From Seison nebaliae (taxonomy: Eukaryota), in contig JALJEE010002025.1 of NCBI GenBank assembly GCA_023231475.1, positions 1-62,477 of the forward strand: a stretch of 62,477 bases of DNA, written 5' to 3'. The translations under genes were made by a program, and so were the position numbers. The notes below the pieces were generated by a model, which was not told the DNA's origin, searched no databases, and saw nothing but the letters and a program-made list of their open reading frames with translations. Positions 1 through 11,954 of the stretch are shown here, piece by piece; the first letter of the stretch is position 1, and each line of letters starts with the position of its first letter.

Positions 1-504
1 AGGATAATAATTAGAAAAGAATAGAAAAGAATTTCTACAAATAGTCTGTTTTATCAAACCTTTAGGTGGCCACGGAAGGATTTCTTTGGATTTTTTTACT
101 CTCCAACTCCAATAGAACGAAATCCAAATGGCCATCCCTGATCTACACCATTAATCTACAACCTGTAGATCTTAAGAAATATCTCGAAAATAAACAGTCG
201 AAAAAACTTTAGAATTCTTTGTGACTAACATGACCATTAAAACTTTCAAATTGAAAGTTTCAATGCACAACAAATATATATTTCAATGGAAAGCAACGCT
301 TTCAAAGCATCTGATCGTTGTTATCAATTACATTGAATAATGTATATTAAATAATGAGATCTAGATGAGAGAAATTACGGTGGAAAAACACAAACAGATA
401 GAATTCCAAAGAAACAGAAAAGAATTTAACTCAAATATTAGTTCAAATGATGAAAAGCCTAACATTATGTTCGGGAAGATTTTATTGAACTCGCTTCTTA
501 TTAG

Positions 505-943
505 AACGACTTCGTTTTAGAACTTACAAGTTGGAGAAAGATGAATAATGCTTATTAATGGTTAATCATTATAGAATGAAAGATAAATTATTAATGAACG
601 ATGAAGTGAATCATTTAGAACATGTGATTAATATACTATTCGAGTTATTACAATGTTTGTAAATGTTCATTTCCTGGTTATTACAAGCACTTTAGTTTTA
701 AAAAAATTCGTCGAAATGTTTTTCAATAATGGTTTCAATATTTGGGAGGAGTATGAACTCAACTGTAGAAGTACATCGATTCTTTTACTCTTAATTGTTA
801 TCTATATTGGTGTTTATCGATATCGAAATGGAATATGGAAATTCGTTTTTGAACATTGGGAGAAGCTTTTGGATTTTTTCTTCAAGTTCAAAAGTAACGG
901 TACCCAAACACCAGAAGAATGGAACAAGAAAAAGACATCATAA
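505..943 (+). CDS. Probable 3' exons of an unidentified multi-exon gene with a hydrophobic segment near the C-terminus
   Basis: ORF 653-943 can be extended upstream through short GTT..AG introns (..NKLLMNDEVNHLEHVINILFD-TLVLKKF..). No family recognised and the 5' end is unresolved. Confidence 0.3.
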
Positions 944-1126
944 AATTTGAAAAGACATTTAATTCTAACTCTTAATTTTAATAAACCAATTGATTCCTCA
1001 ACAAATTTTTTATCATATACCAAAAAATCTAATTATTTATTAGAAACATAAAAATGTCACGGAAGAGGATACATTTGACAATAGACGAACGAAGATAACA
1101 AGGATAGAAAAGGATTCGAATTAAAA

Positions 1127-2050
1127 TTAATCCCATTTTTGTCGAAATACAGATGAATTAATCTTACGGTTGCCTTCCGGTTTGGACGTACAACCTTTCC
1201 CAGCAACCACATACTTATCGTTATCTTGTCCAATCACTTCTACATATCCGACATCCGGATTAGTATCTCTTTTTCCTTGGGCATTTGCTTGAACTACTTT
1301 GTCGCAAATTTTCACAGAATTCGCATGTAACATACAATCGCTTTTGATGCAACCCTGACGAATAAAGAATAATATGAATATTTTCAGTTGATTGAAATAG
1401 AATGATTGAAAAAATACTTCTTGTGGCGTAGTACAAGTTATCTTAACCATTTGTCCGCCAATCACCTCATAGCGAGCTGCTGTGATACGTTGTAATTCTT
1501 TAGTAATACTTGGTGCTTCATTTCAACAAGGAGAAAAGTTATAAATAAGTTTAAAAGAAAAAGTACAAAGTTCTAGTTTCCTTTTACCGCACTTATCACA
1601 TATTTTCTCTGGTAATCTCTTGATTAGACTTCATAAAAAAGAACAATGATAGAAATGGAGAAATAAATGTGATGCAGAAACTGTGAGATAGGAACATGAT
1701 CGATTGGAGATGTGTCGAGGGAAAAAGTTGGTCGGTTCTTTTCAACTTTTTTCGTTAATTTATCATGATCCGATATGATGTGTCCATCATAGATCGATCT
1801 CCTCCACTGAGTCTTTTTTAATTAATTAAAGAACATTTTAATTGTTAGATTGAAATGAATTAGAACTTTTTGTTCGTGTGGTTTGATGCAATACCAACTG
1901 CCAATTTGACCATGGTCTTTTATCGCTTCTATTTTCTGTTCACAACATTCGCAACTGGAATAAGAGGAAATAAGCGTATTTAAATTAATAATCAAATAAC
2001 GGTATGTTAAATGAATCGGAATTATCTTTCGATTCTTCGGTATCCTTCAT
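1127..2050 (-). CDS. Hypothetical Cys-containing protein, ~210 aa, about 6 exons
   Basis: ATG at 2050 (MKDTEESKDN). Phase-consistent joins give ..IPCECCEQK..WYCIKPHEQK/WRRSIYDG..KICDKC/APSITKELQR.. into ORF 1127-1465. Confidence 0.6.
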
Positions 2051-2422
2051 TTTTACAGAATAGAATGACAAAGATTTAGGAAAGACTAAAACAAAAATAA
2101 ACAAAATTACTATTTTTAACTTCGATTTTTTCTAACATTTCTCCAAAATAAAACGAATTTTCTTTAAATTTCAAAACATGTTCCCCACCTGTGTTGGAAA
2201 AAGACCATATTTAAATGATTTCTGATAATAAACACGAAATCCTTTCTAAACCAAAGTTTGAGGAATAGTTATTGTTAATACAACTTACAATTTGAGGTGT
2301 TAAGAAAATAAATTAAAGAAACAAATTTCCTGTGAATTAAGAATATTAACAGTAGTTGTAAGTAATTATATAAAGTTCGAATTAGAACATATTATTGAAG
2401 AAAGAAAAAGATAGAACATACT

Positions 2423-4642
2423 CTAAATAGTTTTCGGTTGTAACAAATTAGTAGTTTCTTCTTCATCATCTATATAGTTATAACTTCTAAAAGTTTTATC
2501 GAAAAACTGTTTTAATGAATTCCTATACTCTGTTTTCTCCTCGATATTCAGTTGTGTTTTAGTCGAATCAGAATGATTACTTATTACATATGTATTAGTA
2601 TCTTTTGGTTGGGGATTAATGTGCACAGTTTTCTCACAACTGTCAGTAAATTCATCATCATCTGTCGCCATACATGGATCTGTCAAGTTAGTTTGCGGAT
2701 AAGTATTTGTAAACTGACTTTCATCAATTGTATTAGGTAGACCTTTGTAATAGATTCTATTCGAAAAATTAAAATTATCGTCTCGTCCTCCTATAGATGA
2801 GAAGGTGGTCGATAGTGATAATTTTTTCCTTCTTCTTTCATTGAAAGTCACACTTCTACTTTTACTCTTTGAACTTTTCAAAATTGAAGAAGTTTTCATA
2901 TTAGTAGATGATGAACCTTTCAAAGCTTTAGTGGATATATTAGGTGTTACTGGAAAGGAATAGTGTCCTTCATATTCGCTACCTTTAGTCGCATATTCTT
3001 CTTCGAATTTTACATCAACTTTGTCAATTTCATTATTTTTCGCTTCAATTTCTTCATTGATCTTCTCTTCAATTTCATCATTAATCTTCTTATGAAGTTC
3101 TTCATCCGAATTTACTCCCGATTTCTTTACATCTATTAAGTAATCGGGTGTCATTGGATAACGTGATCTATTTATACTATTACGTTCTATACTTACATCG
3201 GAAGGATGTTCCACTCGATGAGTTACACTGGAATTCCATTGTTCGTTCAATTCACCAAATGACATACCTCTTGCTGGTTGACGATAATCATCGTTTACAA
3301 AAGAAGCTGGTGGCATTCCTAATTTTTCCATTATCTCATCCATAATCTCTATTCTTTCCGAACTGAGACGTGTATAATAATAAACTTGTAGACAGATGAG
3401 ATATAAAAGTAGAATAGCAGTAATTAATGCAATTATTACACAATATAAACGGAAAGACTTATAACTCATTTTGATGAGAGGACCATGATGACCACGTTTT
3501 CCATGAGTGATTATTATATCAGTTGTATCATCCTTGTCACAAGAGTAACCTATCTCAAAATTTTCAATTGGTATTATCAAACTTATCAGAGCGATTGATC
3601 GATGAAAGAAATCATCGTTTTTCAATAAAATACTTAGAAAGAGGAAATAAATGAAATTAATCATTTTTAGCTTTGGGAAGAAGATGAAAATTTATTGAAA
3701 TTATTAAAAGGAAATGACGAACTTGATTTCCTGAATTACGGGCATGATGCTTATTTATTTTGAGTGCTGCATGATCTCGCATAAACATATGATGTACTAA
3801 CGCTTTCCGATAATAACGTGAAAATAATCGATTCTTCCTATCGAACAAATCTTCTATATCATCAATAGCTCGATCACGATTCAATCGATTTATACTATTA
3901 TGCAACTAACATTTGACAATTAAGACAATTCAGTTATAATTAATTATAAGAAATTAACTGTAATCTTCACATTCTCGTCCCGATGACAATAATTCACGAG
4001 ACAGGCTGCAGGAGTCTCATCAAGATAATTAATGAAACAAGACTTTTTTGCGAAATATTCCGACAATGCATTCAATTTCCTATCTACAACATTAACATCA
4101 ACGCTAACAATACAACTGAATGAATAATTACGCGTTGCGACCCACGGTTGCAGCACTGCCCATTGTGAGGGATATGTAGTATCGTCTTGCAGTTTATCGT
4201 AAAATACACGACAAAGTAAACGTTTCTTAAATGACGAATAAGTTAACTTTAAAATAATGTAAAATACTTAATGAACTCCGACAACTAACTATTGGATCGA
4301 TTGAAACTAGTACGACAGCTTGATATGATTTAGTATGAACATAATTCTTTCGTTTATAAAAGAAATACACTTTCTACGATCATTAAGCATTAGCACATAT
4401 TGACTAAATAATATGATAAAGAAGTCGATTTAAACATTTCTCATTTTCGAATAAATGTCCATCGTCTCACAATTGACGTTGCCAATATGCAAATAAAATG
4501 ATTGTTTCGCTGGATTTAGGAAATATAAAACTAGGTAATAATTCGATGACTTAATGTCAATTGAATATTACTAACCAACATAATAGAAAACATTTCCGGC
4601 ATAAACTTTTGAGGCATCAAATGCAACAAAATCAAATTTCAT
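2423..4642 (-). CDS. Hypothetical membrane protein with a long low-complexity C-terminal region, about 6 exons
   Basis: ORFs 3944-4156, 3657-3905 and 2423-3664 join in frame through short GTT..AG introns. Hydrophobic helix LYCVIIALITAILLLYLICL. Start at 4642 is tentative. Confidence 0.55.
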
Positions 4643-4814
4643 TGTTTAAATCGATTCTTACTCTTTAATTGGGAAAACAATCAACTTTGTTTATTGTCTC
4701 AATTTAATATATTTTCTTTAATATACAACAACCAATGCTCATCCATCTCAAATTCTTTAAATCATTAATTTCCGATAATATGTATCATATCATTTTAACG
4801 ATCAGCAAACATAA

Positions 4815-4853
4815 ATATATATATATGCGTATATATATATATATATATATATA
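4815..4853. repeat. (TA)n microsatellite, interrupted
   Basis: atatatatatatgcgtatatatatatatatatatatata. Confidence 0.9.
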
Positions 4854-5804
4854 AGTAATTTTAAGAAAACTTTTTCCTCTTTTTAAAATTCACCAAATTT
4901 AAAATTTTTGAAAAGTTTCAGATGAATAAATGACGTGATAGATTTATGAAACAAAGTTAATTTACGTAAATTTTAGGTAGAATTTAATTTTGATTCTTAT
5001 TTTGATGATTAATTAGTCATCTAATGGGTTTTATAATATATTCAATATATTATATTGTTTTTCATTTAATTTAATGTATAAAACTGAAATTTCTAAATCT
5101 CTAAATTATAAGTTTTAAAATCAATATTTCCACACTTTTAATTTTCCAATTCTTTATCAGATCGAATTCGGATAAATAACTTCTTTGGACACTTTTCGAT
5201 GTCAATATTATTATTGTTATTATTATGATGCTATGTTGTTAATAAGTTAAAACGAATTCGAACGAATATTGTTTTGTTTAACAAAAGTTTAATATCGTCT
5301 CTGCAATCATATAAAAGTGTCACAGTAAGAGTATATTTGTGAGAAGAAATTGTGTGGCGATCAACAGTTTTTAACTGACACACTCTTATGGATGACACGT
5401 ATTACTAATGGATTTATGGATTTTCAACACCAAATACTAATTATAGTTCTTCTAACTACAATGTTGTCGTGTGTAGACTGTATGAGAGAGAGGAGCAAAT
5501 AATAATGAATTATTAAAATTTAAACGTTAAGGATTGGAGAAAGAATTTGACAACACATTAGTGCGCGCTATATTAAGAGGAACGACTAATGAAAATTTCT
5601 AGAAATTATTTAATAATATTTAAGTTATTGTAATTCTTTATCAGAAATGTTTCAATACAGAAGAATCATAAGGATGTCCCAACCAAAGGAGAGATGGAAC
5701 AGATCAGATTAGAAACTGTGAATGGTCGAAAGAAAATTCGTAGACACAAGAGAAACGAGACATTTGTAGGTGATTGAAGTGAATGCAAATAGTAGAAACT
5801 CTCA

Positions 5805-6302
5805 TTGAATGTCGCCCAACGAGTCGGAGAGAAGGAAATCAATGAGATGACACATCAAATGACGTTTATGTTATGTATCTCTACATTCTGCTTTATTACA
5901 ATTCACAATACTAATTTCAATGTGCCCTCGCCTTCATCTCCATCATTCTTCCTTCTAAATTTCATCGCAAATCAATCGACTGAATTCCAGAAAGAATATT
6001 TCATCAATTATTATTCAAATGATTCAACTCAATCTTATATTCGACTTGGTAATCTCATGGATGAAAGGGAAGAATTCAATGAAACTAATGAATTCACAAA
6101 TAAATCAACAACTACATCTTCATCGTTAATTTCAATTGCTGTTAAAACATCGTCAAGAATTCACAATCAAACTATCAGTGAGTCAAATCAAACGATCGCC
6201 AAAGACGACCAACTTCCACATCATAACAACATTAAGCAATTCGCTCTTCCTTTCCTTCTCCCAATTTGTATTCATCTCATAGTTTCATTTTATATCATTT
6301 GA
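5805..6302 (+). CDS. Possible Ser/Thr/Asn-rich surface protein with a hydrophobic C-terminus (partial)
   Basis: 165-codon ORF with N-x-S/T sites and a terminal hydrophobic stretch FALPFLLPICIHLIVSFYII. Start is unclear. Confidence 0.35.
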   Translation: MNVAQRVGEKEINEMTHQMTFMLCISTFCFITIHNTNFNVPSPSSPSFFLLNFIANQSTEFQKEYFINYYSNDSTQSYIRLGNLMDEREEFNETNEFTNKSTTTSSSLISIAVKTSSRIHNQTISESNQTIAKDDQLPHHNNIKQFALPFLLPICIHLIVSFYII

Positions 6303-6942
6303 TATTATTATCATTCAATCTGTGCATTATCATACCTTTATTTTCATTTCATAATTCTTTCTTTGCTAAATGTAAATGTTAGTGAATTCAAAGGAATTTC
6401 GTTTTTTAAATATCTATTTGAATGGTTTGTTGTAAGATAAGCTGATAGTTTTTTACTTTTTAAAATTGCTTTTCCTAGTTAATTAGAGAGAGACAAATCA
6501 GACACATATCACTAATTCCTTTGAATGAATTATACGAATAATTCGAATTCCCGCCAAATAATCTTGAAAATGTTCCTTATACAAAATTTGCGGACTATTA
6601 AGCTTAAAATTTGAAAATTTAGAATAATAAATCTTCCGAAATTCAAAAATTTATTTGTTATTCTTCTATTTCGCATATTTTTGTTACGCTGTTCTTTTGA
6701 AGGGATATAATTTATTCGAGTTCTTTTTATTGATATGGTACTTTGTGAAAAGTCTTCCTTTTACTTCAATTATAAGCGAACATTGAAAAGAATTGTTGGT
6801 GATTGAAAAATTCATTTTATTTGTGTATCTGATTTTCCATCCCACAATTTTTACTTCCTTCATTGATACATACGTACATATAGGTACATTCCACGAATCT
6901 CTCAACACTAATCGACCAGTATTTGACGAGATAAAAATTGAG

Positions 6943-7791
6943 ATGAGTTCAATGAACGAATATGAGATGCATTGTGCTCAACAGAAGTTGTGTGAACAAC
7001 TTCAGAGACAAATGCCGTTGATCACTGATACTTTAGATTTGAAGAATGTTCTCGAAAGTCGATACGCTGATAATTCGCCATATTCTAAGAATATCAATAA
7101 ATTATTGGAATCTTTCCGTGCCATTCGAATGATTCGTGGTGACGGAAACTGTTTCTATCGATCATTCGCTATCGGTCTATTGGAAATATTGGATAGTGAA
7201 CAACAAATAAATTTTCTATTAAGAATTGTGAATGAGGCAAAAGAATTCCTCATTGACAATGGATATGATGAAATGACGACAGATGATTGTTTCAGTCAAT
7301 GGGAATATATTTTGGTAGAGATGAAACGATATATTCGTCTCCCAATGGAACAGAGGAAAAAGTTAATAAATAACGTTTTTCTCAATCTTGACGAGAGCAA
7401 TTATATCATTGCTGCTATTCGTCTGATTAGTTCATATGCCATCCAATTCTTTTGGGAGGATTTCCAATATTTTATCGATTGTGAGACGAAACCGGGTGAA
7501 TCGGCACGTGATGCTCTTCGTCGATTTTGTCAAAGTACAATCGAACCGATTGGGAGAGACATTGATCATGTGACAATTACAGCATTGGCGAAAGTGATGA
7601 AATGTCCATTTGGAATCGTCAATAATGGAGATGGTTATCTTAATCGTCTCAATTTCAATTTGAAGAATTTAGATGATTTCAATGAGAATGTCATAATCTC
7701 TCCACAATTTTCAGGAATTGAAGTTTTCGACAACTGTCGACCATTTTCTCTTTTATATTCTCCGTGTCACTACGAAGTTTTATATAATTAA
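6943..7791 (+). CDS. OTUB: Otubain-family deubiquitinase (peptidase C65)
   Basis: IRGDGNCFYRSF catalytic Cys motif and LLYSPCHYEVLY His motif. First ATG is at 6943; the open frame extends up to 6793. Confidence 0.9.
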   Translation: MSSMNEYEMHCAQQKLCEQLQRQMPLITDTLDLKNVLESRYADNSPYSKNINKLLESFRAIRMIRGDGNCFYRSFAIGLLEILDSEQQINFLLRIVNEAKEFLIDNGYDEMTTDDCFSQWEYILVEMKRYIRLPMEQRKKLINNVFLNLDESNYIIAAIRLISSYAIQFFWEDFQYFIDCETKPGESARDALRRFCQSTIEPIGRDIDHVTITALAKVMKCPFGIVNNGDGYLNRLNFNLKNLDDFNENVIISPQFSGIEVFDNCRPFSLLYSPCHYEVLYN

Positions 7792-7969
7792 ATATTTTTT
7801 TCTAATATCGATAATCGGACGACTCATTTATTTAATTTATCAATCACAACACAAATATTTTCCTAATTATTATTTTCTCCAAACATTTTCAATGAAAATT
7901 TTCCTTTTCTTTTCATAGTTCGACTTGATTTATTTATTTTTTTAAAAGCGTCAGATTTTCCTTTTATTG

Positions 7970-10900
7970 ATGATGTGTGATTCAGAAGATGATGAAGCAA
8001 AAATGAGTATAAAATATCGAGAGTGTTTCCAGTTATATAATCAGGATTTATTCAAAGATGGAAATGTCGATGAGAAAATGGTATCAGATTTGGAAACTGA
8101 TGTGGGATCGGATGATGATTCTGATAACGATTCTTCATTAGATTGTGCTCCCCCTGAGAAACCGAATATCTTATCTCGAGAACGACGTCATAAGAAACCG
8201 TGGACTATCAAAGATTTGGCACCAGAAGTCTTGAAAGAAATTTTGGGAACATCTCAACCTGATACTTTGCAGGGAGGAAGTGCATTTGCTGGTTCTAGTG
8301 GTGGAGGAGGAGGAGGAGGAGGTGATGGTTCTGATGAAGATTACGATCCGTCGTTAGATAAAAAAACGGCGAAACGACGACGAATATTACCGAAAATAAA
8401 AACAGTGGAAACTAATTTTGAAGAGAAGAAAAAATATGATAAGAGGAAATATATGAAAACCAAATCTGGTCGTCACGTATTGAAATTTTCTTATATTAAA
8501 GGGGTGGGAAATAGGGATGGTAATAAGAAGAGAAAACTTGATCCTGAAGAAATAAGGATTCTTTCTGAATATCCAACTACAGATCTGAAGGAATTATTAT
8601 GTAATGACGATGGTGGAGAGAGTGAAGATGAGACGTATGAAGATGACCCGGAAGAGGTAGAACTGTGTCGGAAAGAGGATTATGAATTGGAAATAAATGA
8701 AGATGATAATGATGTTGAAGATGATTTGATAAAGACTGTTGTGCCATATGTTACTGAAGCTCCATTGACTTGTGTGACAGATCGTGGTGCAGTTTATTTA
8801 CCAAAGAATACAAATGATCGAGAGATCGAAAAGAAATGTACGAGAAATCCATTCGTTTATATTCATGAGATGAAGGAATTATATAAGAACGGTAAAATGA
8901 AACGAAGTGACATCGAACTTCTCTGTCATTCGCAAAGTGGAGGATTGACCAAATTTAGTTGTCTAAAATATTTGGTCTCATCTGATATGGTTTCCATTTA
9001 CAATACACAACTTTTCCAACAATTGGAAGATAATGAATGGAAAATGAAACGGAAAAAAGAGATTCATGATGCTTATCAAAGTCTTGATGGAGTTTGTAAA
9101 CAAATTTTCAAAGATAATCGCCAATATATTATCAGCAATTTTCCTGTCAGTACTCGAGCAATGAATAATCCGAATAAACGAATACAACAATCGAATATTG
9201 TTACTGAAGAACAGAAAGAGATGGATGAATTGTTTGGAGAGATAGACGATATTATTCATCGAACGAATAAAATGAAAAACAGAAAAGAAATCGAAAATGA
9301 ACCGATAGAGATTAATACTAAGAAAGTAGTGGATGATTTCGTTGAGAAGGAAGGGATCTTTTGTCAAGATCGTAAATTATATGATGATATGAAAGCGATG
9401 TTCATCAAACCTCAAATGAAATTTAATAAAGAAATTTTTCAAATTCAATCACGAATGAAAGCGAAGGAGAAAACGAGACGATTATTATTTGCAGAAAAAG
9501 AATATTATCATCCGTTATTGACCGTTTGCAGCTTATGTGGACGACGAGAGAATGACACTGTCATTTTGAAATGTTCCAGTAAATATGCTTTCTCAAAAAA
9601 GACTTTGTTGAATCAATATGGATGTCTTGAACGAATGGGAATGTTCTTCAATCGATTAATTAGCGATACTGATTCTGAAATATCATTAGGACCATTATTT
9701 GGTCCTTATTTCCTCAATAAGGAAATTCGTAGAAAATTACAGAAACAATATGAATGTGGATATTTCAATCATTTTGGAAAGACGGAAGAAAATGATATTT
9801 GTATGAAGTCTTCATTTTATAAGAAATTGATGGATGTATTGAAATCAAGTGATACATCAAAACTTCTGCGATTTTATGAATTGTTTATTCGTGCATCAAT
9901 GACAAAGAAAATGCCGTTCATTTATATGGAGAAGGAAAGTCGTCAAATGAAAGATAAATTTAAAAAGAAACGTTCATTGAATTATGTGGAAGAAATGAGA
10001 TTAAATATAAATCAATTACAAAATTTATTCAATACGTTAAGAGAGGATAATATTGAGAAAGCATATTCGACTGATGAGGATGAGATGAGTGGAATGAATA
10101 ATCATATGAGAAAAAAATTGAAGAAGAATCGTCATTCGAAAAAAGTAACGAAATTGACTAAAGTGAAAAAACGTATCGAATTCGATATTGAACGAATGAT
10201 GAATAGTCGATTAGATACGTCAAAAGAACGACTCAAATTCTTTCACACATTTATGGAATCATTAAAATTGACATATCAAGGAGTGCGACAATTAATCGAG
10301 AATGCTGAACGTAGTAATGGAGCCGTTTCTTCATCCACATCTATTGTTAACATGAATGTCGAACCGAAGAAGAAAGCCTGTTACATTACACCACAAGGTC
10401 GAGATTTCGGTTTTGAGCCTGGTTCTCCTAAACCACGTACTATGCGCAGTCAAGTAGCCCAGCGTCCTGATCATTATATTTCTCCTTCGTCAATCGTTCG
10501 CAATCCGTCACCTTCACGATTGTCACCCAGTAAAATTAGTCGTCGAATGAAAATTGAGAATTATTCGGATTCTCATTCGAAGTCGTCTCAAAAACTTGAA
10601 CGGAGACATCTTAATATGAAGAATTCCAGTTCTTCCAGGGCTCTCACAAATCCCGTGAGAGATTTAAATAAACTTTTCTTGAGAACTGATGAAAAGATGT
10701 CGAATCGTCCACCGAAAATTGGTAAGAATGTCACTGTACGAGTTCTCCAAATCGATGGACAAGGAAGTGAATGTAATACTTCGACGAATGTGGTAATCAA
10801 CAGTCCTCGTATAACTCGACGAGTTATGAAGAATAGATTGCGGGAGACAAATGAATTAAAGAAGAAAGAGGAAAGGAGAACAGGATTTGTCTGTCCAATC

Positions 10901-11516
10901 TTACAACGAATACCTCAAGATTATTTGGATATGTACAATTATTTCTGTCGTGATGCTCCCATCTATCCGACAATCATTTCGAAAAAAGAAGTTTTCACTC
11001 GAACTCAACTTCGTCAATTTAGGAATTCCATCGTCGAACTATTGAACTTAATGAAGAATGTCGATATACAAAAATTGATCACTTTCAATCATTTAACTCA
11101 TTTGGATGCGGCATATGTCCATTCTAAGTGTGCACTTTGGTCTCCATATATTTGTCAAGTATCTGGACAAATTATTGGTGTCTTTGCCACAATTCTATTT
11201 GGTGCACAAAACGTTTAATTTTTTAGTTATTTGAATAAGAATTCATTTTCATTCTTTTTAGGTTTGCCATTCCTGTGGATTATATGGAGCAACAATTCGA
11301 TGTAAAGAACGTGGATGTAAGGTCGTCCTTCATTATCCATGTGCACTTACACAATCTGGTTAATTTTAATTTTAATTTTTTTGAAATAATTTTCGTGTTT
11401 CAGGTTGTGATATGGATGAAAGTACTTATAGAATTATTTGTCCAAAACATGTCAAATGTGACATGGACCTACCAATACGAATGGAAAGAAACGGAAGAAC
11501 TGGAAACAGAAATTGA
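7970..11516 (+). CDS. RAI1/TCF20-like protein with a C-terminal extended PHD finger, 3 coding exons
   Basis: VCSLC..LGPLFGPY, then VHSKCALWS..VCHSCGLYGATIRC..GC..LHYPCA..GC..IICPKH after removing introns ~11213-11260 and ~11359-11403. Confidence 0.8.
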
Positions 11517-11954
11517 GAAACGATCAAATTCAATTAATCATTAAATTATCGAAATTCGGAGAAACAAATGATTAATTATTCTGAAATTAATTTTAATTCA
11601 TTTGTTTTAGTTGTAATGAAGAATCACGAAAAAAAATTTCCTCAATGTCTATCATTGTACGTTCTTTTTTGATTAGAGAAACAATAATTTGTTTACTTTT
11701 CTTCATCTGATATCAGTTGATGGTGACGAGGGAGAAAAAGCAAATAAAGAAAGAAATTTAAAAAAAAAATATATTTTGTCAGAAAAATAAACTATTCCAC
11801 TTTACATTTATTATGATAAAATTCATTCATATTATTGAGGGTGAATGATTTTGAGAGTTTTTATGAATTTATCATATGAGATAACGGGAAATAAAATGAT
11901 GAAAAAGAAAAAATTATATAAAATTTAAATTAATAGAGTGGGAACGGGAGAATT

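Noticed and set aside
2274..2335. gttaatacaacttacaatttgag|gt loosely resembles, from memory, a rotifer-type spliced-leader exon plus donor
   Set aside because: Short AT-rich match, no convincing Sm site or stem-loops, and a single copy in an intergenic spacer.
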